In this document: positions 11,961 to 22,947 of the stretch, piece after piece | Position numbering within the stretch: position 1 is the first letter of the stretch | Layout: every line of letters begins with the position of its first letter | DNA from: Eukaryota sp. TZLM1-RC | Lineage: Eukaryota; Protista; Metamonada: BaSk clade | DNA: 64,000 nt | NCBI GenBank assembly: GCA_040285825.1 | Contig: JAUPSS010000006.1 | Coordinates: 682,001-746,000 of the forward strand | Direction: 5' to 3' | Notes under the pieces: model-generated | What the model was told of the DNA's origin: nothing | Database searches by the model: none | Seen by the model: only the letters and a program-made list of their open reading frames with translations | Translations under genes and position numbers: made by a program

Positions 11961-12580
11961 TAACAAAGGAGGACAGTTGTTTATCTATGCAACAAGGAAA
12001 ATCAAAGGATAAAATTACAACAATCTAATTAAAGCAGTGACACGTCATCACTACAACTACAATGGCTAAGAGCCAACACTACCTCTTCTTTTTTTTCCAC
12101 GGGTCTTCTTCTTAGGAACATCTTCGTGGAGCAGCAAAAATCGTTTGTAGGCAGCAGTATTCTTGATTGAGTGTACAGGCTCTGTATTGACATTATAGCA
12201 GCGTCGTTGTTGTCAATAGAATCGATGGCATCTATGACATGTTCTCCTTTATCAGCGGCGACGTAAGAATCAAGAATTTCTTTAGGCAAGGAGGAAGTAC
12301 AAGGTTTTACTAGGTGGATTGAGGTTTTAAGCAGGTTCCTAGTGATGGTATTCTTCACTAGGATCGAAGAGTTGGTAAGTTGTTCCTCAACAACATAAGG
12401 TCCTACAAAATGGCCATGAAGCTTGGCTGGTTTGTCTCGGAGAACAAACACACGATCACCAGGTTGAAACTTACTGGTTAAAGGAGCACTAGGCTCAATA
12501 GCAATAGAATCCAGATCTATTTTATTCCAAGAATCGGTAAGAGTTTGAGTTAAGGAAGTAAGATGAGCAAGGTAACAACA
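11960..12580 (-). mobile_element. Gypsy integrase tail, PPT (12079-12098) and partial 3' LTR starting at 12078
   Basis: KLHGHFVGPY (GPY/F motif). Minus strand reads GGAAAAAAAAGAAGAGGTAG|TGTTGG. Confidence 0.75.
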
Positions 12581-12614
12581 ACATTTTTCGATAGTGTTTT
12601 TAGTACGAGCAGTA

Positions 12615-13330
12615 CTATTTCTGGTCTTTCTTTCTTTCTTTCTTTCTTTCCGGGGTTTTTCTTAGGGGAGTCCAGGTTTGTTCGAGATAGTTAATCTGCC
12701 AAAAATTTTTGGGACCTTCGATGTGTACTATGTCGAATTCGAAAGATTGAAGGACGGTTTGGTTATTAATTCTTCGATTAGGGTTTCCAGAGTACTTGTT
12801 AGCTAGTCTATCTTCAAATAGCTGGTAATGTAAAGATCTATGATATTCAGGCAAGAGGACAGTTAATCGTTTAAGGATTTCAGGGATAGAGGAGATAAGG
12901 AAGTCTTCTGCTTCAGACTTCAATAACCTTTTTAAAGGTTCAGGACGGATTCCATTCAGGAATTTACGGGTCAGAGCTTGGGTATTGCTCTGCGGAGTTG
13001 GGGTCTTCCGGTTAACTTTCACAAAGTCACGGGTATACTGCGAAATGGCCTCTTCAGCATCTCGGCAGTTCAGGTTCAGGGTACCACAAGCATACAGCTT
13101 GTAGGCTTGAGCTGTATCCTCTATCTTAGTACAGGACAGGACATGATCGAGAATCTTCTTGGGTTTTCTTGCGGAAATATGGTGAATAATCAGCAATGTA
13201 TCGAGAACCTCAGGGGCGATACTTCTTGGGATGTATTGTAACATCAGGGCTCCAGCATCAGCAACAGAGTTATGAGCATCCACAAGCTCATACAGGTTTT
13301 CAGGGTTCTCATCATCTTCAGAGAACAGGT
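12615..13330 (-). mobile_element. Gypsy gag fragment fused to RNase H C-terminus; (TTTC)n microsatellite at ~12624-12650
   Basis: Gag-like EEAISQYTRDF...RKFLNGIRP is followed by LQSFEFDIVHIEGPKNFW (end of RNase H). Confidence 0.65.
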
Positions 13331-13339
13331 CAGGTTTAT

Positions 13340-13640
13340 AGGTCAGGTTTATTAGAAGTTCTGAGCCAGGATAGTAACGAGTGCCAAGTTGTATATGCAG
13401 GATATGTACGAGGCACTGAGCCTGTCGACCGCATTAAGAGCACCAATACCTATCAAGCCTGCCTCTAGACTGAAAAGTCGCGACCCCCTGCTGGTCAACC
13501 TACTTGCATGCAACCTCGTGGAGGAGCCAGAAGAGACAGTCGAAAGGAGGGGAAGAAGTAGTGTTAGTCTATACACTATTAGAGTGTAATAGTCTTAAAA
13601 GTATATTCATTATATTTAGTTTACTTGTCGATAAGCTTTT
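13340..13640 (+). mobile_element. Gypsy integrase tail (chromodomain-like), PPT and LTR start at 13562
   Basis: LEVLSQDSNECQVVYAG...EPVDRIKSTNTY is homologous to EKVLSQDGDFCQVQWPG...EHLSTVQNTAAY. Junction GAAAGGAGGGGAAGAAGTAG|TGTTAG. Confidence 0.65.
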
Positions 13641-13929
13641 CTTTTGTTTTCATCAGCGTTAGAAAAAAAATTTTCTCTTAGTTTTGATAACAAGGGACAT
13701 TTAACAACCAAAGCGATATGCTAATGTATATTTAACAAATATAAAGACATCCATTTTTCTCTTGATGCAAATAAATAAAAATAAAAATCGGTGACTACAG
13801 AAAACTCATTTTTTCAACAAATACATGTTGCCACTTGTCATTCAATCACTTGTAGCGGAACTTCTTGCTCATTATCTTCTTCTCATCATAAAAAGGAATA
13901 CGCATGGGGACAATCTATTCAATGGGGGC

Positions 13930-14433
13930 CAGGAAGCTTCGAAAATATTTCAGGGTACTTAAACCAGAGGGATCGGACGGAGTGTCTAATTCAGGGTCAT
14001 TTAGCTTGAATGAGGCTTTATCTAAGTCGGGGAGAGAGGAAACAGAGGATACTTGGTTAGAAGGCGAAATATACTGGTCAGGTAAGGCTTCTTCTTCAAG
14101 TATTTGCAGATTTCTGGCAGAGAGGTTCAAGAAAAAGTAGTCAGAGGTCACGATGCCTAGCTTTTCTAGTAAATCACATCCAAATAAATAAATAAATAAG
14201 TGAGAGCAAGGAAGAACAGCAAAGGTTACATCTACACAGGTGAGCCTGGCGGCTCCACTTAAGGCAAAGGCGAGTATTTCGGAGACAAGAGGACAGGAGA
14301 GCGTGGTTATGTCAGCTAAATCCACTTCCAGAGTCTTGTTAGTTAATCTGAGCCTGGCATTTGATAACAAATTACGAGAAATGCATGATACAGTGGCCCC
14401 TGTATCGACCATTCCATTCAGTACAGAGCATTG
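13930..14433 (-). pseudogene. Gypsy aspartic protease fragment
   Basis: GMVDTGATVSCIS and LFGCDLLEKLG motifs. Confidence 0.8.
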
Positions 14434-14590
14434 TGATGGTCTTTGCTCGTTAATGTTAAAAAAATGCGACATACAGTAGAAATGTAATGAGATTTATTAC
14501 GAAGAGGAATTGTATTCTCTCTACTTAAGCTAATAGGCGGGATACTAATAAACTATCTCAATAAACTATTAATACTATTCAAGACTAACA
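14434..14590 (-). repeat. Complete 157-bp 3' LTR
   Basis: Minus strand TGTTAG...AATAAA...CATCA, directly after the PPT GAGAGGAAAAGGCAG. Abuts protease sequence whose uninterrupted form is at ~17200-17215. Confidence 0.7.
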
Positions 14591-15973
14591 CTGCCTTTTC
14601 CTCTCTTTCGAGCGACGAGCCCTGAAAGCTCTAGTCACAGGAGGAGAACTAATGGAATTGGAACGCTTCTTGGGAGGAGCGTATTTAGTAAAGCGACGTA
14701 CTTTTGAAGTCTTGATGAAGTCTTTATACGCGGCGGTATTTTGGACTGTGGACAAATGTTCAGTGGTGATCTCTTTTCCAGGCCATTGCACTTGGCAAAA
14801 GTCACCGTCCTGACTAAGCACCTTTTCAATGATGTGTTCTTCGACATCACCTGCAGCGACCCATGAGTGGAACTCATCGTTGGTGGGCAGGCTTGAGTGC
14901 CAGAGTCCTAAATGTTTGACACTAGCTTGTACAATCGTACCGGTGCAGAGATTCTTAATATTCACAGACGAATTAGATACGATTTCGGTAATTAGGAAAG
15001 GTCCTAAATAATCTCCACGTAGTTTAGCGTAGGAGCTGGAAGCTCGTAATACCAATTGACCAACTTCAAAAGGATTTGCAGTTGTGGATCCAGTTAGCTT
15101 GGAAGCTTTGGAAGCTTGATGGTGTGCTGCCTTTTCCTGCATTTCTTTCAACCTTCGAAATTTAGATTGAATTTCTGAAATAAAAGATGACTCAGACGTC
15201 GAGCTTTCAATGATTTCAAGAATTTTGCCAGGGTCTGATCTAGGAGACACATCTGAGCCAAAGATCACTTGGTATGGAGTGTGGTTAGTTATTGAGCTCT
15301 TGGAAGAGTTGATCAATAATTGCACATAAGGCAAGTATTCATACCACACATCGTAGGCGTTGAAGTTTACGAGCAATTTCCGTAGATTTTGCAGGATGTC
15401 TCTGTGTCGGCGCTCTACCAAGCCGTTGGACTGAGAAAACCTAGAAATTGACTTTGACACCTCTATGCCCAAAAATTTGCTTAGTTCGTCAAAGACAGCT
15501 TTGGAAAATTCGGGTCCATTATCGCTGTGGATCTGAAATGGAATACCGAAGATGGCACAGACTTTCCAAATTAATGCATCTGCAGTAAGATTGGCATTTA
15601 TCTCCTTTAAAGACATGATGATCGTAAACCTAGAGAAGCTGTCAATAAATACGAGGATGTATTTGTAGCCTTCCTGATCTTCTGGAAGAGGACCAATAAC
15701 GTCGGCGTTGACACGAGCAAAAGTTCTGTCAGCCCACAATGAACCGGTTGGGGGAACATGCAGTTTGGGAACTGGCTTAGTTTTCTGACAGGAGGGGCAT
15801 TCTTGGACGTGCTTATTAATGTCAGTGAGCTTGTTTGGCCACCAATAATCGCTGTTCCTGAGCTTGTTCAGGCTTTCAGCTTTGCTTGGATGGCCTCCTT
15901 GCAGAAGTCCCTGCAACAAGTTAAGAGTGTCCTTAATGAGTGATTTGGGAATCAATATCTTTTTGTTGAACAC
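14585..15973 (-). CDS. Ty3/Gypsy integrase (zinc finger, DDE core, GPF, chromodomain-like tail); part of a broken pol
   Basis: GGHP...CPSCQ; VNADVIG, HSDNGPEF and NGLVERRH (DD35E); YLGPF; EHIIEKVL...QVQWPG...TTEH. Confidence 0.92.
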   Translation of the reverse strand: MFNKKILIPKSLIKDTLNLLQGLLQGGHPSKAESLNKLRNSDYWWPNKLTDINKHVQECPSCQKTKPVPKLHVPPTGSLWADRTFARVNADVIGPLPEDQEGYKYILVFIDSFSRFTIIMSLKEINANLTADALIWKVCAIFGIPFQIHSDNGPEFSKAVFDELSKFLGIEVSKSISRFSQSNGLVERRHRDILQNLRKLLVNFNAYDVWYEYLPYVQLLINSSKSSITNHTPYQVIFGSDVSPRSDPGKILEIIESSTSESSFISEIQSKFRRLKEMQEKAAHHQASKASKLTGSTTANPFEVGQLVLRASSSYAKLRGDYLGPFLITEIVSNSSVNIKNLCTGTIVQASVKHLGLWHSSLPTNDEFHSWVAAGDVEEHIIEKVLSQDGDFCQVQWPGKEITTEHLSTVQNTAAYKDFIKTSKVRRFTKYAPPKKRSNSISSPPVTRAFRARRSKERKRQC

Positions 15974-16106
15974 AGTTGTTGAAAGAGGGGTCTTTGGAAG
16001 CTATGGCAAGCTTCTGTTCGGACCTAATCCTACAGAGCCATGGCTCGAAAATAGGTACGTCGTTGCAACATCGTTCTCTGACCACCATGATACGTCCGAA
16101 GTTGTT

Positions 16107-16540
16107 TCAGTCTTCGATGTAGTATCTTTCATTTTCTGTTCCATCAATTATATCGATGTAAAATATTGGATGAAAATTTGGAGACATTTGATGGGACAAA
16201 TGATTGATCTCTTGATGGTCTATAGGCGGAACTATTCGAGACAACATATCAGCCCAGAAGCTGATATCTTCCCCTTTGGTATGTACCAAATCAAAGCAGA
16301 ATTCTGGGAATATGGGTAACCATCTGGTTACAATTCTGTTCTTCTCAGGAGCCGTGAACATGTAGGTAAGGTTTTGATGGTCTGTGAACATAACCAGTTT
16401 CGTTCCTTTCAAGTAGTTTTCAAAACCACTTTGAGTCAACATGAGCAGGATGGCATAGAGTTCCTTTTGGTTTGTCGGCCAGTTCTTTTGCGAGTTGGTT
16501 AACAACCGGCTGAAGAAGCTGATAGGCCTACATTTCCTGT
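16107..16540 (-). pseudogene. Ty3/Gypsy RNase H domain
   Basis: FFSRLLTNSQKNWPTNQKELYAI, FTDHQNL and WADMLSR. Separated from the integrase by stops. Confidence 0.85.
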
Positions 16541-17070
16541 TGATCAGGGAGGTACCGGGGTCGTCGACTTGTTCGATTTGTTCCCATATGAAGAAGTATA
16601 AAGAAGTTAAAGATACGAAGGAAGGTTCGAAGTGCTAGGAATGGAATCACTAGCCTTGAGAGGGGAAACAGACAGATTATTAACTCCACTTACTGTTGAA
16701 GTTAGAGGAGATCCTGAAGTTGGAACGGCAGGATTTTGACTGACTCTCCTTACAGTTGGAACTGAAGGAGGTTGATGGGAGGATGGAACCTCAGACTCAG
16801 GTCTAGGAGATGAAGTTGGGACTTCAGTGTCTTGTCGAGAAACCCTCCACAAACTCCAATTCAATTGGTATAAGGTCAATTCCAACGAGGACGCAGAAAG
16901 GGAGTTCTCTATCTATAGAGAAAACTTTGCAAACATTCTGAGAATGTCTTCATACATCACAGATGTATCAGCAACGATCGAAGATGTGAATCACTGGAGT
17001 GCAGTATTTATCTTCCAATATCAACAGTGGCACATGCTGGCTTCTCGTGCAGAACAAAAACTCGGTCATC

Positions 17071-17340
17071 AGGAGAGCGTGGTTATGTCAGCTAAATCCA
17101 CTTCCAGAGTCTTGTTAGTTAATCTGAGCCTGGCATTTGATAACAAGTCACGAGAAATGCATGATACAGTGGCCCCTGTATCGACCATTCCATTCTGTAC
17201 AGAGCATTGGTCTACATGGATCTTCAAGTGTAATTGTTTCTTGTCAATGGGATTGTTGAGTTCTGGGGCTGATAGAAAAACGTAGGGTTCTGAGTTCTGG
17301 ACAGGAGCGGTTTCAGTTAACTGGGTCTTTATTGAATTTC
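17071..17340 (-). pseudogene. Second protease fragment; 17071-17210 is a ~140-bp direct repeat of 14294-14432
   Basis: GMVDTGATVSCIS; near-identical DNA. Confidence 0.8.
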
Positions 17341-17349
17341 TATAGAAAT

Positions 17350-18190
17350 AAAACATAACTGAAAAAACTAATACAAAAACCTATCAAAACCTACGAGCAC
17401 CTTCAATTCTCTGAAAAATAGAATTCAATGCTTGATTGCATCTAAAACTGTTCTTTTGGATGATGCAGCTCAATTCACTACATAAATCAATCCAACCAAA
17501 ACGTTTAAAAGCTTCTTTGGTTTTTTGTACCATCCCCCATGGACATTGAAAACCAAAGGAACTATTTCTGAAATTAAATTGTATTCTTTGAGAATACTGT
17601 ACTTCCTAAGTTTTGTAGCAAATGCTTGGCAGTAAGCATCTTGCCACTGATTTCCAAAACCTTAGACTATGGTAATATCGAAAGCAATCTTTGATTTGGG
17701 ATCAAATAAATCAAGAATTTTGTTAAACCAATTTCAAATTCTTTTTCTTTTTAATAATTTGAAACTTCTAATACAAAGTCTCTTACCTCATCGTGTCTAT
17801 TTTTAATACAACGCGAGACACCATTACATTGAAAACTGTGATTCAAGCCAAGATTTCCATAATGACATCTAGGGCACTGATGGTGAACTTTAACTGAAAG
17901 CAATCTTGAACTTAAAAAATGCAGCATTCAATCATTTGAAAAAGTAAAATTCAATTAGAAGGAAAAACATTGAAAAAACTACCTGATGATTCAGAACAGT
18001 TGGCTTTTAGTTGTAGCTTTTCCATTTCATTCATGTTAAACAGAATAAAATTGATTTCAGATTTGTAAAAAGCTTTGGTTACGACAGATTGAGAAATTAC
18101 AATATTTTCATCCCACATAGACTCATGTCCTACAAAATGTGGATTTCAAGTAGAACAAAATAAATCTAAGTCGGAATTTGAATTTGAGGT
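17350..18190 (-). mobile_element. Degenerate RLE LINE family 3, 3' end (not in the ORF track)
   Basis: Manual translation gives CPRCHYGNLGLNHSFQC (CCHC), KNRHDEVRD, AFDITIV, TKLRKY and VPLVFNVHGGW. Confidence 0.75.
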
Positions 18191-18373
18191 TCCAACTTCT
18201 ATGTGAGTCCTAAGTACCACCTTAAGCTTGTCAGGGGGATCCCGTTGACAAAGAACTTCATTTTAGCCGGTTTAGAGAGGGTGGAAGGACAGAGACGGGC
18301 AAGTCTGAGGAACTGAGAGATGTTAGAAGTGGTTGCTTCGTCAAAAGTGGTTTCCCCGGTGGTCATAAATAAG

Positions 18374-18728
18374 TAAACAGTTAAAATCTGAATGATTGAT
18401 GATAACTCAGTCGTTTATGTATTTATGATCAGAGATTCAAAATAAAAAGAATTACTCTCAATATTTGGTGGAGACTCTCAAATTGAAAACAATAATGATG
18501 ATGAATAGTACTCCTACAAATCCAAAAACATGTAAACTATACAGACACATGTAATCAGATCTTTCTTGACAGTAACCAACCTTAAACAGTTAAAATCTGA
18601 ATGATTGATGATAACTCAGTCGTTTATGTATTTATGATCAGAGATTCAAAATAAAAAGAATTACTCTCAATATTTGGTGGAGACTCTCAAATTGAAAACA
18701 ATAATGATGATGAATAGTACTCCTACAA
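18374..18728 (+). repeat. Direct duplication of ~145 bp, period 209
   Basis: TAAACAGTTAAAATCTGAATG...TAGTACTCCTACAA begins at both 18374 and 18583. Confidence 0.9.
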
Positions 18729-18779
18729 TAGCATTCAAATAACGAACAACAACAACAACAACTACTTCATCAAAGCCAA

Positions 18780-19435
18780 CATTAGATGTAATAAGGGTCT
18801 CTAGGGTTCATTACTAACTTCATCATCAGAATCATCTAAACTTTAAGTGGCATTGGAAAATTTCAAGTTTTAATCGTGTTCACTCAAAAAACTTAAGGTT
18901 TACGGTAAATTATATCATAAGAACATGGTAAATAACTAAAGCCCAAACCAGTGAAAATCATTCTTAATGAGGAATTTTAGTTAGTTCAATAATAAATAAA
19001 TCTGAATAAAGAATTAAGATTTCTACTCAAAACCATGTTCTAAGTTCAAGTACCACCTTCTCCAACAAATTAACAGTAGAACTCCCAATGTTTGTGGGTT
19101 CAACTCTTTGTGGGAAATCATATGGGGTAATCATAAGGGAATAGAGGGTGTAAATGTGATGAAAATCAGCAAGCTTAGGTCAATGAAATGTATAATGAAG
19201 TTTACTGGGAAATACAGGTGTGGAATGAACACTGAATGACTGGTATTAATTTGAAGTAAAGTAGAATACAGTGTGGAGAAGGACGGTCGTGAATATCAAG
19301 TATCTTTCTTGGTAAAAATATCACAAACACATCAAGAGAATGATCAAGAAGGACATGTGATTCATTAGTGACACATTACCAGGATGATACGAAAGTAGAG
19401 GGATTGAACTGAAAGAATTACACCAAGAATGAAGA
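18780..19435. repeat. ~650-bp block, inverted copy at 30360-31025
   Basis: Collinear reverse-complement match, e.g. CATCATCAGAATCATCTAAA vs TTTAGATGATTCTGATGATG. Confidence 0.85.
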
Positions 19436-20450
19436 GAGTTGGTCTGGCAAGGTTTCAGAGGATATCTTGAAAGGATATCTGTAATGTTTACAGTTTCTGA
19501 AGGGTGTAAAAATATCCGATTGATCGGCTTCGACAGAAGATTCAGAACGTAATATCCGAGGGTCGTCTAGGTTTAGATTGTGCTACGTCAATAACAGGAT
19601 TCTTGAACTTTATAGACAGAATAATCAAGGCAACTAGGCAACTATGTAAGTCTAAAAAAATATGAAGTTATTGCTAAAAACATTTTGGTGTTGGAACAAC
19701 ATGAATGAATTTGAATGTATGAATTGACTCAACTCTGTTCTCTTCACCATCATTATATCTCTTTTCTTTGATGGTGAGGAATCTAGGTCCGTGGATCATT
19801 ATTCCTGCACCCCTTACTATTCAGGGTGGACGCTACCGATTCGGCGATCTTAACCTTCTGGTTCAATACTTGCTCGGTCTCTCATCCCACACTAATTCTC
19901 TTCGTTTTTGTTGCTTATGGGTGTATTTTACCTTTCTCTACCATTTGATTTAGTTATCTTCCCTTTCCCCATTTGTAACATCATCATCACCTCTATTTAC
20001 TGAAAAATATGCTTTCGTTTCTATTTGACTTTCTCGTCGATCTGATGTTTTTCTTCATTTAATCTTGTTTAACTATCTGGAAAGCCACCCTCCTGGACTC
20101 GAACACTGTACGGATTTCTATTTTCTCATCGATTTTTCATTATTGTCGTACTGGTTCATCATAAACGCTGTTGATGTTGAATTTAGAATTTGACCAATGT
20201 TCAAATATTAGGTCAAAATGATTCAAATTATTAAGTTTTTACATTTGCTACATCTCAGTTTTGATTTTAAGGATGCTGTTATAAGTTGTCATTTCATCTG
20301 CCCTGGGAATTGTTTATTAACATTTACCATTACTGACTTTGATATTGTTCAGTATGAATCTTATACAGGTTTATTTGTGTTGAAAATTTTCAAATGTGAT
20401 TCAAATTATTCTTTGTTAAATTTACAAGTATATATTTACAAGTTTAAATT
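19410..20450. repeat. Diverged direct copy of 57300-58300 (partly the reverse complement of 1430-1505 plus 2826-3140)
   Basis: Shared GGCAAGGTTTCAGAGGATATCTTGAAAGGATATCTG and GATGGTGAGGAATCTAGGTCCGTGGATC. Confidence 0.8.
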
Positions 20451-21995
20451 TATTGCTGTTTTTCAATGAATGTAATAAACCTAATATCCAACGTTTTTTC
20501 AATGATACATAGCAAATATACTGATAAAACACAACAAAAGATGGTAAGAAAACCATCTGAAATAAAAAAATAGCATGTTGTTCTTGAAGTCAGCTAACTT
20601 GAATTTAAACTCTTTTGTGTACCTTGATTCTATGCTGTTTTATTATTAGCATTTGTAATTGTTGACGGTAAATAATTGAAGATAAATTTGATTTTATTGA
20701 ACTAAATAAATGACAAATTAATTGAAATTTAAAATTTAGAATTCTTCTCTGTCAAGGTAATTGTCACGATTCATCAAGTCCTAAATTTAATCCATAACTT
20801 TGACCGAATAATCATGAACTATTTTAATATGTGCATAATTTGAAATATGATTGAAAAAGAAGAAGAGTTAAAATTCAGCTGAGGTTCGCTATTTGAGTGG
20901 GTTGTGAGCACATTTCTTTACTCACCCAGTTTTCACCCAACTCACAAAACGCTCTTTCACAAGTTATACATAGCCTTTATTGACACACAAGCAGGATTAA
21001 TCCCGTCTGTAATTCTATATCAGTTCGTCTTGTACACAATAAGATCCACCTTCTCTTTAAAAGAAGTGATATGATGTAATCACAACAGCTTGATAAACAG
21101 AGACCTTTAACGTCTTACATTAACCTTCCTTCTTTTGAGAGAGTGCCTATATCAATAAACTTTTGTATCAATCAGCTTTTTCATTTCCATAATTATTAAC
21201 AAAACCAACAAGCAGACAGTCACTATTATGTATGAAAATATACATGCGACATGTTGTTGTCTTCACAGGGTCTTGCGTCCTTAATGGGCCAAGCATCTAA
21301 AAACACAAAACTTAGGACCTGTTATGCAACAGCAATTACTGTAGCCAATAGAAGATTCACCCCTGTTCCCGCTCAAGCGACTCTAGTGTGCCCCTAGCTG
21401 GAACATACTGGTCGAGATGTAATCTCCCACTATGTAAAGACACTTAGAGTGTTCGCGTCCCGTATGTCTAACCATCCATTAAAAAAGTGACTATTCATCA
21501 GTTGATGCATGTATTATTGTTTTGTGGATGTAAGAAGTTGAAAACAAACACAATTTAAAAGTAACTGAATCTCAAAAATCAATCATTTTTGCTTGTCTGT
21601 GGATTTTATACTTCCAGTAAAGTCTACGAAATCATGGACACGTGTCTGTTCTCTTCATCAGTTCTTTGAGCGGACAGTGTGTGATTATGTTGATGGACAT
21701 CTGACCAAGGTGATTACCATGGCTCAACCAAAAGTTAGACATCCATTCAACAGACCTGGCAAAGGTCATGCGTTTGAAAAGCTCCAGTGAATTTCTACAC
21801 ATGGCCGTTTGCTGTCTTGTTCATGTCAAGAACAGGTCGTCATCATGCACTACCCACTAGTAGGCCTCTCCAACAACTAGTGAATGCAAGGTGTCGCCAG
21901 CAGCTCCTAGTTGATGGGCTTGTGTCTTGAAAGCTCATCTTTTTCTTCCGTCATCAGCTCCCACTTTTTCACAGTTTGACCAATATTCTTGATCC

Positions 21996-22947
21996 TTGAT
22001 CTCTATCGAAGACGAAAAGACCCCTTTCCACCAAATAGCTAGTTATGACCCAGAAGAACGCTTCAGAGGACTCCCAGCTAGACTCAGAACCGCTTCCTAC
22101 TTAGAAATGGCTTCATATTATAACCCTGATAGTCGATCCTTGCCTTGTCCAAGTCAAGCCGGACATGGTTTCCACTATTGCCCTGGCGAGGTACGTTTCT
22201 GTGAAGTTGTTGATGATAAATATTATACTGAAGTAGGAAACAATAACCCTGACACCATGCTTACCCATATCAAGGAACCAGTATCACCGATTATAGACAA
22301 AATCAATGTTTCACAAGCCGTTATCCCCTTTGTCCCAATCCCGCTTATCTGTTATGACGCTAAGACCCTTCTATACCCTCCAAACTTGATCTTCCCCTTC
22401 TCTCCAATCGAAACCTTTTTCAACCTCCATGCCATTGATACTCCACCTTCATGGTATTCCCTTAATCATCGCGACGCCAGCAGGCTTTTGACTGCTACCG
22501 CCCTTCGTTCCGAATCAGATCCATTCGCCATTCTTAACTCCCTGAAGTATTTTTCTTTACTCGATCGTAGGGACATCGATAACATTCAAAATGGATCCTC
22601 TCCTTATCATTTTATTCTCTCTACTGACATGCTTTATTTTCCAACATGTGTTTCCTCTTTCCAAGTCAAAAGATCCTTACGCCTCTGTCGCTCATATGTA
22701 CCCTGATACCCCAATTCACCCAAAAATCCATAATCGTTCTATTCCGATAGCTGATATCATCCAACACGGAAACTGGAATAACCGCCTTTATTTCTATGAC
22801 CCAACTCTCCCTGCTCGCTCATATCTCCCTGAAGTGATTCCGCCGAATGCTTTCTTCATAAAACTTAACTGCTTCCCTGCCTGTGTAACCTTAGGACAGT
22901 TAATTAACAATATCGACCCCCTGCATCTAGCTCCCCACAATATCTAG
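21996..22947 (+). pseudogene. Unknown ~320-aa coding region (one frameshift) immediately upstream of a Gypsy integrase core
   Basis: Overlapping ORFs 21996..22706 and 22591..22947. The second is in frame with the integrase across a single TAG. It has the same C-rich composition as the pol sequence. Confidence 0.45.

Noticed and set aside
21790-21860. SWIM zinc finger / MULE transposase (LSCSCQEQ)
   Set aside because: There is no downstream CxH, no DDE core and no terminal inverted repeats.
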